DNA from: Opitutales bacterium
GTDB lineage: Bacteria > Verrucomicrobiota > Verrucomicrobiia > Opitutales > Coraliomargaritaceae
Assembly: GCA_049598495.1 (NCBI GenBank)
Contig: JBMYNR010000004.1
Span: 1 to 64,000 of the forward strand
Direction: 5' to 3'
Length of the DNA stretch: 64,000 bases
Every line of letters starts with the position of its first letter. The stretch's first letter is position 1. Positions 56,807-64,000 of this stretch are shown piece after piece. The position numbers and the translations under genes were made by a program. The notes under the pieces are model-generated. The model was not told the origin of the DNA, did no database searches, and saw only the letters and a list, made by a program, of their open reading frames with translations.

Positions 56807-56992
56807 ATATTTTTTGGCTTAGCTCGAAGGAAATTGCGCCTTTGCGCTTGCCATGGGGCATTCGGTTGGTATCCCTCTCCGTTTTCTTGGCCAAGACGGC
56901 TGAGAGAAATGGGGTAATTCCGCTCCGCAAACCGCAATAAATATAAGAAACACTGTTTCTCCCTGATTGGTTACCAGGGCTTTGAACACAAT

Positions 56993-57862
56993 ATGAATAC
57001 CACACCAAAAGACCTCCTCGACGCAGGCGTTCATTTCGGTCACCAGCTTCGCCGGTGGAATCCGAAGTCCAAGCCTTACGTCTACGACAACCGCAACGGC
57101 ATCTCCATAATTGACTTGGAGAAGACCCACGCTCTTCTCGAGCAGGCTTATGCTAAAGTAGAAGAGATTGTTGCTTCCGGAAAAGACGTGCTCTTCATCG
57201 GCACGAAGAAGCAGGCACAGGAAATCGTCCGCGAGGCGGCTAACGCATGCCAGATGCCCTTCTGTGTGAATCGCTGGATGGGCGGTGGTCTGACTAATTT
57301 TACAACCATCAAGAGCTCGCTCGCGAAATACCGCAAGTTTCTCAAGATGGATCAAGAGGGTGAATTGGAAAAGCTTCCCGGCAAGGAAGAGGCGGCCATT
57401 CGTCGTCAAATGAGCCGGATGAACCGCAACTTCGAAGGTATGCTTGAAGTGAACGAGCTTCCTGCTGCTGTCTTTGTGATCGACACCAAGAATGAAGAGA
57501 TTGCCGTGGCTGAAGCCAGTCGTCTCGGTATTCCCGTGATTGGTTTGGTCGACACGAATTCTGACCCAACCGTCCTCGATTACCCGATTCCGGGCAATGA
57601 CGATGCGGTCAAGTCGATCCGTATCATTGTGGAGACCATCCTCGAGGCGGCGCAAAACGGTCTTTCCAAGCGAGAGGCCAAAAAGGTTCAAAAGACAGCA
57701 GGCCCAATCATTCGTGAACAGGTCTTCGAGCAACAGGAGGATGTTGAAGTGACGCTTCCTGCCGGCTACGGCGAAGACGAAGAGAAGCCCGCGCCGGCGG
57801 CCGAAGAGGCTGCGCCTGCCGCTCCCGAGGCCGCACCTGATTCGACCGAGGAATCCAATTAA
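56993..57862 (+). CDS. rpsB: 30S ribosomal protein S2
   Basis: LLDAGVHFGH...WNPK, RWMGG.LTN, DTNSDP, PGNDDA. Confidence 0.98.
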   Translation: MNTTPKDLLDAGVHFGHQLRRWNPKSKPYVYDNRNGISIIDLEKTHALLEQAYAKVEEIVASGKDVLFIGTKKQAQEIVREAANACQMPFCVNRWMGGGLTNFTTIKSSLAKYRKFLKMDQEGELEKLPGKEEAAIRRQMSRMNRNFEGMLEVNELPAAVFVIDTKNEEIAVAEASRLGIPVIGLVDTNSDPTVLDYPIPGNDDAVKSIRIIVETILEAAQNGLSKREAKKVQKTAGPIIREQVFEQQEDVEVTLPAGYGEDEEKPAPAAEEAAPAAPEAAPDSTEESN

Positions 57863-57882
57863 TTTCCCATCGATTACATATA

Positions 57883-58476
57883 ATGAGCGTACAAATTAAT
57901 GCTAAAATGGTCGGCGAGCTGCGCGAGAGCACAGGCGCTGGACTAATGGACTGTAAAAAGGCCTTGGTAGAAGCCGAAGGCGATTTCGATGCAGCGGTTG
58001 AACTCCTTCGCAAGAAGGGGGTGGCCACAGCTGCGAAGAAGGCCGGCCGTGATGCCAGTGATGGCCTCGTAGATACCTACATCCACCTCGGTGGCAAGGT
58101 CGGTGTTCTCGTCGAAGTTAGTTGCGAAAGTGACTTTGTTGCAAAGACGGACGACTTCAAACAGTTCGTTAAGGACATCGCGATGCACGTGGCTGCAGCT
58201 AACCCGGTTTGCGTCTCTCGCGAAGAGATCGATCCTGCCATTCTTGCCGAAGAGCGCAAGGTGGCCGAAGGCCAAGCCGAAGGTAAGCCAGCGCAGGCGA
58301 TTGAAAAGATTGTCGAGGGCAAGCTGAATAAGTTCCTCAGCGAGTCCTGTCTTCTTGAGCAAGCCTACGTCAAGGATCCTGATCAAACCGTTCAGGAAGT
58401 CCTTACTGCGATGATTGCCAAGATGGGCGAGAATATGCAAATCAAACGTTTTGCACGCTTCCAGGTAGGCGCATAA
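57883..58476 (+). CDS. tsf: elongation factor Ts (short form)
   Basis: LRESTGAGLMDCKKAL, CESDFVA, IVEGK. Confidence 0.98.
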   Translation: MSVQINAKMVGELRESTGAGLMDCKKALVEAEGDFDAAVELLRKKGVATAAKKAGRDASDGLVDTYIHLGGKVGVLVEVSCESDFVAKTDDFKQFVKDIAMHVAAANPVCVSREEIDPAILAEERKVAEGQAEGKPAQAIEKIVEGKLNKFLSESCLLEQAYVKDPDQTVQEVLTAMIAKMGENMQIKRFARFQVGA

Positions 58477-58503
58477 GCATCTTTTCTTTGTTTGTTACAA
58501 GGC

Positions 58504-58537
58504 AAAGCCCCGCACCAAATCGATGCGGGGCTTTTTT
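58504..58537 (+). terminator. intrinsic terminator after tsf
   Basis: AAAGCCCCGCA...TGCGGGGCTTTTTT. Confidence 0.9.
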
Positions 58538-58684
58538 ATCATCGTCGTTTTTCGGGGGAGAATCAGGGAGCATTGCCTGAGCTTGTCGTCGGCCCCGAGC
58601 CCATCGAGGGGCCAAGACCGCCGTTCGCCCTACGGGTTCGCTGGCCATATCTCTATCATATGGGCAATCTCTCTCTCTGGTGCT

Positions 58685-58752
58685 GCGTGGTCCGATTCCT
58701 TCGGATCGGTTTTGTCGCCAGCTTGGGTCGGCGAACGTGCCCGACCTAAAAT
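58685..58752. repeat. family E repeat
   Basis: GCGTGGTCCGATTCCTTCGGATCGGTTTTGTCGCCAGCT...CGACCTAAAAT. Confidence 0.75.
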
Positions 58753-58779
58753 CAGGAGATACTTTTCTTTGTCGTGCAT

Positions 58780-58812
58780 AAAGAAACCCCACGCTGTGAA
58801 GCACGGGGCTTC
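58780..58812 (-). terminator. probable terminator after trxA
   Basis: Minus-strand GCCCCGTGC-loop-GCGTGGGGT followed by TTCTTT. Confidence 0.5.
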
Positions 58813-58837
58813 GGAGAGAGCAAAGATTCAGTTTTCC

Positions 58838-59155
58838 TTAAGCGAGTTTGGCCTTGAGGTCGTCCTTGGAGGTGAGACCAACGACGGTATCCGCAACTTC
58901 GCCATCCTTAAAGATGAGAATGGTCGGGATCGCGCGGATCTCATACTTGCTGGCGACCTCGCTGTTGTTGTCGACGTTGACCTTGCAGATTTTGACGGCG
59001 TCACCAAGTTCCTCGGCGAGTTCTTCGAGGATAGGTGCGATTGCTTTACATGGGCCGCACCAGGGGGCCCAGAAGTCGACCACCACAGGGGTGGAACCAC
59101 CGGACACAGTGGAATCAAAATTGGAGCTATCGAGTTCTGTGATCTTGTCGGACAT
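58838..59155 (-). CDS. trxA: thioredoxin
   Basis: VDFWAPWCGPCK, IPT. Confidence 0.97.
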   Translation of the reverse strand: MSDKITELDSSNFDSTVSGGSTPVVVDFWAPWCGPCKAIAPILEELAEELGDAVKICKVNVDNNSEVASKYEIRAIPTILIFKDGEVADTVVGLTSKDDLKAKLA

Positions 59156-59182
59156 AGTCTATCTAGGTTAATTAACTTATTA

Positions 59183-59596
59183 TTATAGAAAAGGCAGAGC
59201 ATCCTGAACGATCAAGACAGTAAATGCGATGGTGATGCTTGCTGAGAGGGCATCGACAACGATCGCGGCAACAGTAGGAGATTCAGGATCTTCATCGATC
59301 GAGATGGAGGAATCTTGAATGGGTGCCGTAGTGGGCTCTTGCTTGGGAGTGAGTGCGGCTTTAACGGGAGTCGGTTGTGGAGCGACGTCGGAAGAGACGT
59401 CGGAAGAGACGTCTCTATCGGGTTCGGACTGGCCGCTTGGAGACTTTGAATTGTCCGATTCTTCAAAGGAGGATACGAGCTTCACTTTAGGCTTTTTCGG
59501 AGGCATTGCCATGGGGTCTGTAGCTGGGATGGCCGCTGTCTCGGCAGACTCTTTCTGCGTAGGGGTATTCTCGTTATTGGGATCCGTCATGGTCAC
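59183..59596 (-). CDS. low-complexity protein with a single C-terminal TM helix
   Basis: P/S/T/E/D-rich body, hydrophobic last ~28 aa. Confidence 0.55.
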   Translation of the reverse strand: MTMTDPNNENTPTQKESAETAAIPATDPMAMPPKKPKVKLVSSFEESDNSKSPSGQSEPDRDVSSDVSSDVAPQPTPVKAALTPKQEPTTAPIQDSSISIDEDPESPTVAAIVVDALSASITIAFTVLIVQDALPFL

Positions 59597-59635
59597 GTGG
59601 ACGTTAATCGGTCAAGCTAGTCTGTCAAGAAGGCC

Positions 59636-59902
59636 TTATTTCGGGCTGCTGTTTTTGATGATATCTCGTAGTTCTTCCTTCTCGATCGTGTTGATCGACT
59701 TGCCCTTACGGTCAAGTGTTTCGAAAGTCTTGACGACCGTCTCGGTCATGCGTTCGTGCGTCTCCTGCGAGCCGCCGACGATGGAGAAGCGCTCTGCTTG
59801 AGTGACCCGCTTGTGGCCGTCTGTGTTGTCGAGACCAATACCGATGAGATGAGCGGATGGTTTTTCGGGAGTATCCGGAGTCTGCTTGTCTAAGCGATTC
59901 AT
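59636..59902 (-). CDS. conserved-looking hypothetical protein
   Basis: GIGLDNTDGHKRVTQAERFSIVGGSQETHERM; directly downstream of scpA. Confidence 0.75.
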   Translation of the reverse strand: MNRLDKQTPDTPEKPSAHLIGIGLDNTDGHKRVTQAERFSIVGGSQETHERMTETVVKTFETLDRKGKSINTIEKEELRDIIKNSSPK

Positions 59903-59930
59903 TGGGTTAAGAAACAAATATGGACAGGAT

Positions 59931-60677
59931 TTAGTCCACCCGGGCGCAACGAATATCGGCAAAGGCGGCGTCTTGTTGCAATTGGATTTTTCCCAAGCGG
60001 GTGAGTTCAAGAACGGCTAAGAAAGAGGCCACGATCGTTGCGATTGTGGTGGTCGACTCAAAGAGATCGGAGAATAGAAAGCTAGGCTCGTGTTTGATGC
60101 GTAGGAGCACAACTTCCATGCGGTCAGCCACGGTCACTTGCTCGGCATTGATCTGTCCCTCATCAATACGCTCGGCAAGGCGCCGTAAGACTTGGTTGAA
60201 GGTATTCCAGAGATCGACTCGATCAACGGGCTTAAGTGGACGCTCGACCGCTTCAACGGCATCCTTGGGGCCGATCCGGGCGATCAAATCGTTACTATTG
60301 AGAATCAGCTTACGTATGTCCTCTGCCGCCTCTTTGAATTTTCGATATTCCAGCAACTGTTGAACGAGTTCCCAGCGAGGATCGGTTTCATCGTCTTCAA
60401 TGTCTTCATTTGCCCCCTGGTCCTTTTTGGGCAGCAGCATACGACTCTTGATATACATGAGGGTCGATGCCATCACGAAAAACTCACCGGCAATTTCCAA
60501 ATCGAGAGACTCCATCGATCTCATAATCTCGATATACTGCTCTGTTACCTTCTCGATTGGGATGTCGTAGATATCGACTTCACTGCGTCGAATTAGGTAG
60601 AGCAGCAAATCAAGTGGGCCTTCAAATGCGGGGAGTCGAATTGCAAAATCGTTATCTGGAATGAGTGCTTCTTGCAT
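59931..60677 (-). CDS. scpA: segregation and condensation protein A
   Basis: FEGPLDLLLYLI, IKSRMLLP, FLAVLEL. Confidence 0.95.
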   Translation of the reverse strand: MQEALIPDNDFAIRLPAFEGPLDLLLYLIRRSEVDIYDIPIEKVTEQYIEIMRSMESLDLEIAGEFFVMASTLMYIKSRMLLPKKDQGANEDIEDDETDPRWELVQQLLEYRKFKEAAEDIRKLILNSNDLIARIGPKDAVEAVERPLKPVDRVDLWNTFNQVLRRLAERIDEGQINAEQVTVADRMEVVLLRIKHEPSFLFSDLFESTTTIATIVASFLAVLELTRLGKIQLQQDAAFADIRCARVD

Positions 60678-60703
60678 AGCTGCCGTTGTTTTTTGAAGTG
60701 GTA

Positions 60704-62851
60704 TTATACGTCGCCCGCGAGGCGTAGTTGAATACGAAACGCGACATCACTTTCACGGCGGGCACCTTCACGGAAGGTAATCGCATAGAGGAGTTCCCAT
60801 GTGCTGCCGATGCGAGAGCGCAGGCCGATACTGAATTTTGTGAAGTCTCCGGTATCGGCGTCGAAGCGGGCATCAGTGAGGAAGGAGTAGCGCTCGTTGA
60901 TTCGATAGATAAAATCGAGGCGGTATTGGTCGATCTGTTGGTTGAGTAGATCGGTGGAGAGGCCCAATTCCCAGATTTCCCCGCTGCGCAGAGTCGTGCG
61001 AGTCCGTAGCTCATCCAGAGTGAAGGATTCGGTCTTGAAGCGACTGGCGAAGTCAAACTTAAGCCATGGCGCTGGGTTGAGTTCGAGTTCAAGCCAAGTG
61101 GCATTGAAGGTGTCCTTCTCTTCGTTATTTAATCCCCGCTCTTTTTCGAGGAGTATATCCTGGTAGAAATTAAGCGCGGCCAGTGTCTTGGATCCATAGT
61201 TCTTGGCGCGGGTTTGAAACAGATTCTCGACCCCGAGGCGAACAAGGTGGGTCTCTGGGATGTCATCAACATGACGAAGATCACTGAGATCCAACCCCGG
61301 ACGATCCAGGTCGAAGACAGCGCGCTCGATGGTGGCGATTTCGTTGAGAGCATCAGGGTCGGAGAAATAGCGGTAGCGCAAGACCGTGCGCACAAGGTGG
61401 CGGAGGCCATTGATTCCCCACGTCTTGTTGACAGTTGGGTAAGTTGCATGCGCCCGTGCTTCGAGGTTGAAACCCGCTTCGTATATCTCACGGGTGAAGC
61501 TGCCGTCGATGTTTGCAAGGTCGCTCCGCTGGTTGTCGTATTGCGTTAACCGGGCTCCCGCCAGCGGCATCAGGGTCAGCCAGTCCCGGATTAGGATCGG
61601 CCGCTGGATTCGGTAGGTGAGATCGAATCGATCGGATTCACCTTCAGTTGTGATCACCGCGGGATTGTCATCGAAATTCTCCCGTAGTTGGGTGTAGCTC
61701 AGATGAGCCTTGTGGTAGGCACCCGTATTGAAGGCAGGAACCGGTAGGACATCGAGGCGAATTTCGGGAAGGCGCTCTTGGACGAGTTGAAACTCGTTGG
61801 GACGGAAGCGCCCGAAGGCAGATACGATCCAGTTGTTGCCTGCATAACTGGCTTCGACGAAGTTGTCCGGTTGTCGGTTATCGTTAAATACATCCTCTCG
61901 GAAATCACGGGTCACCTCGGAGTCGGACCAGTAACTGGCGACAGCGGTAGCAGTGAAGTGGTCGCCGATATTGTGTTTGTGTCGCCATTCGGCAAAACCC
62001 CGCTCCGTATCGATAGGGTGGTTGAAGATATCCAGCCCTCGCTCCTTATCACCGCCTTTGTCGTCGATGTAACCAGCGCTGACCGCGCCTACAATTTGCT
62101 GCGTCTGAGAATTGTATGTATATTGAGCCGTTGGACCGGCGAGGAGGCCGCGCTTCTCGTAATAATCCAAGTTGGCTCCGGCAAGAAGCCAGGATGCTAC
62201 AGGGAATAGTGTTGTTGTTTGTAGGTAGACACCGAGGTCTCCGCCGGAGCCCACATCAACATCGGTGTAGTAGGGTGCGTCCGAGACATAGTGACGGTAG
62301 GCGGGTAAATAAAAGATCGGCAGGCTTCCGATTCGAAAGGTGGCTCCATCCATTGAGACGTATTCGCCACGTGGCTCTTTGAGGTAGCGGACCTCGTTTG
62401 AGCTAACGCTGAGCCCATAGGGCCCCGGGTTTCCGTAGTAAACAGTGGCGCCGTAGATACTGGAATCTTCATTGGTGCCCCCGCCGGAAGCACCACTCAC
62501 ATAGTAGGGCCATTGGCCGGTTCGAAGAACGTCGACGGAGAAGATATTTTCGTTTGCATCGAAACTGAGGCGATCTGCTATAAGACGTTTGCCCTCGCGA
62601 GTGATCGCCACGTTTCCAAGAGCATCGGCAAGAGCGAAATTCTTATAATACGTGATCCGATCTGCGCGAATCCGTGTGTTTTCTAAATCGAGTTGGGCAT
62701 CTCCACGGGCGACGAGACGTTGCGAGTTTTCATCAAACTCGAGCGGTTCGATCGAACTCAACTCAGGGAGCCTCGCATTCAGCGCCGTAGAAAACCCTGT
62801 GGCGAAGGTAAGGGAGAGAAAGAGTGAGAAATTCCGGGCGTTTCGTAACAC
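60704..62851 (-). CDS. lptD: LPS assembly protein LptD-like beta-barrel
   Basis: OstA-like N-terminus (ARGDA, ADRITY), PIFYLP, ERLPE, beta-barrel composition. Confidence 0.8.
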   Translation of the reverse strand: MLRNARNFSLFLSLTFATGFSTALNARLPELSSIEPLEFDENSQRLVARGDAQLDLENTRIRADRITYYKNFALADALGNVAITREGKRLIADRLSFDANENIFSVDVLRTGQWPYYVSGASGGGTNEDSSIYGATVYYGNPGPYGLSVSSNEVRYLKEPRGEYVSMDGATFRIGSLPIFYLPAYRHYVSDAPYYTDVDVGSGGDLGVYLQTTTLFPVASWLLAGANLDYYEKRGLLAGPTAQYTYNSQTQQIVGAVSAGYIDDKGGDKERGLDIFNHPIDTERGFAEWRHKHNIGDHFTATAVASYWSDSEVTRDFREDVFNDNRQPDNFVEASYAGNNWIVSAFGRFRPNEFQLVQERLPEIRLDVLPVPAFNTGAYHKAHLSYTQLRENFDDNPAVITTEGESDRFDLTYRIQRPILIRDWLTLMPLAGARLTQYDNQRSDLANIDGSFTREIYEAGFNLEARAHATYPTVNKTWGINGLRHLVRTVLRYRYFSDPDALNEIATIERAVFDLDRPGLDLSDLRHVDDIPETHLVRLGVENLFQTRAKNYGSKTLAALNFYQDILLEKERGLNNEEKDTFNATWLELELNPAPWLKFDFASRFKTESFTLDELRTRTTLRSGEIWELGLSTDLLNQQIDQYRLDFIYRINERYSFLTDARFDADTGDFTKFSIGLRSRIGSTWELLYAITFREGARRESDVAFRIQLRLAGDV

Positions 62852-62911
62852 GGGGCGTGACTATGGGCCTCGTGATTTCTGTGGACAAGTTCTTTTTCCG
62901 TGTGCCTCGTA

Positions 62912-64000
62912 TTAGAGGTCCCGCGCGCCGATATACACACGAGGGACGCGTTTTGTAACGGAGCAAAGGGTTTCCCAGGGGATCGTGCCCGCGAGACGGC
63001 TGAATTCAGTGGTCGTGATCGCCCGCTCCCCGGCCTTTCCGATTAAGACGACGTGCCCGCCAGGTTCAACGGAAGGGCAGTCCGTGACGTCTACAATGGT
63101 CTGATCCATCGTGACCCGGCCAAGGATCGGGCAGCGATGGTTATCAATCAATACTTCGCCGCGGCCGCTTAAGCCAATCGGGATACCGTCTCCGTAGCCC
63201 GCTGTTAATATAGCGATTCTCGAGTCACGTTTCAGGGTATGCGTTCTGCCGTAGCTGATATGCGTGCCTGCCGGTAGATCCTTGAGTAGGCCGATTCGGG
63301 TGTGGAAGCTGAAGATCGGTTCGACACGCGCACGACCTAGAATGGAATCCGGGTAGGGTGTGACTCCAAATTGAAGGAGCCCGATGCGAACAGCATTGAA
63401 AGGACTTTTATCGCTGAGTGTTTCGATTCCGGCGGAATTATCGGCATGAACAATGAGCTCACCGTGTAATTTTTGGGCATAATCGAGTACTTGAATGAAG
63501 CGTTGTCGTTGTAGGTCCGTAAATACGCGGTCGGTATCCGCACTGGAAAAGTGAGTGTAGATGCCCTCCAGCTGGATTGCATCCATTTTCGCAATTGCTT
63601 CGATCAACGCCGTCGCGTGCTCATGCCAGACACCAAGCCGTCCCATGCCCGTGTCGATTTTTAGGTGAATTTTGATTTGCTTCTCATGAGTGGTCGCCAT
63701 TCGCCCGAGGCGATGGCATTCTTCCATCGTGCTTACCGTAGGGGTAAGATCGTGCTCGAATACTAAGCGGTCTTCCTCTGGGAGGAGAGGGCTTAGTAGC
63801 AGGATCGGCCAACCGGCACCCATGTGTCGTATGTCTGTGGCCTCGGCAACATTTGCCACAGCGAAATAGTCGACGCCACTTTGCATGAGGCGTCGCACGA
63901 TCGGCGCCATCCCATGGCCGTAGGCGTCGGCCTTGACGACCGCCATGTAGCGCATTCGCGCCGGAAGCGCAGATTGAATATGCTTAAGATTCCTCTCGAA
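62912..64000 (-). CDS. alr: alanine racemase (5' end beyond the window)
   Basis: [38 protein letters not shown]. Confidence 0.96.
   Translation of the reverse strand, partial: FERNLKHIQSALPARMRYMAVVKADAYGHGMAPIVRRLMQSGVDYFAVANVAEATDIRHMGAGWPILLLSPLLPEEDRLVFEHDLTPTVSTMEECHRLGRMATTHEKQIKIHLKIDTGMGRLGVWHEHATALIEAIAKMDAIQLEGIYTHFSSADTDRVFTDLQRQRFIQVLDYAQKLHGELIVHADNSAGIETLSDKSPFNAVRIGLLQFGVTPYPDSILGRARVEPIFSFHTRIGLLKDLPAGTHISYGRTHTLKRDSRIAILTAGYGDGIPIGLSGRGEVLIDNHRCPILGRVTMDQTIVDVTDCPSVEPGGHVVLIGKAGERAITTTEFSRLAGTIPWETLCSVTKRVPRVYIGARDL

Noticed and set aside
56819..57733. Long antisense ORFs (also 6382-7233, 10598-11254, 19841-20542, 51137-51934, 52500-53207)
   Set aside because: Shadows of real genes on the opposite strand, with no recognisable motifs.

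Overview
Core-genome segment of a bacterium that looks like Verrucomicrobiota, probably Opitutales/Coraliomargarita-like. This is inferred from the lpxC-fabZ fusion, the L33 signature [14 protein letters not shown] and several hypothetical proteins. About 65 CDSs are present: housekeeping genes (surE, glyA, rnc, mfd, lpxA, lpxC-fabZ, hemH, rpmG, lspA, hemW, rpoN, erpA, rpsB, tsf, trxA, scpA, lptD, alr), a DUF4212/sodium:solute symporter pair, a porin, and a complete urtABCDE-ureABCEFGD urea uptake and urease cluster. The porin and urtA each have a well-spaced sigma-54 (-24/-12) promoter, and rpoN lies in the same window. No rRNA, tRNA, CRISPR array or transposase was found. Intergenic DNA carries at least six short repeat families (GTAG-type REP doublets, a TAG-ended MITE-like element and others). 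Most notable: (1) a REP doublet sitting in frame inside mfd; (2) a candidate split sensor, in which a TM-PAS protein ending in an RExRxxELKxEVN..G..RY helix overlaps a hybrid kinase carrying an ALSMMEDA stalk motif; (3) a GC-skew polarity flip near 17-18 kb that coincides with a MITE and a 5'-truncated antitoxin beside an intact VapC; (4) an exported three-repeat protein with WxWPF motifs. All calls come from motif recognition by eye; no database searches were run.
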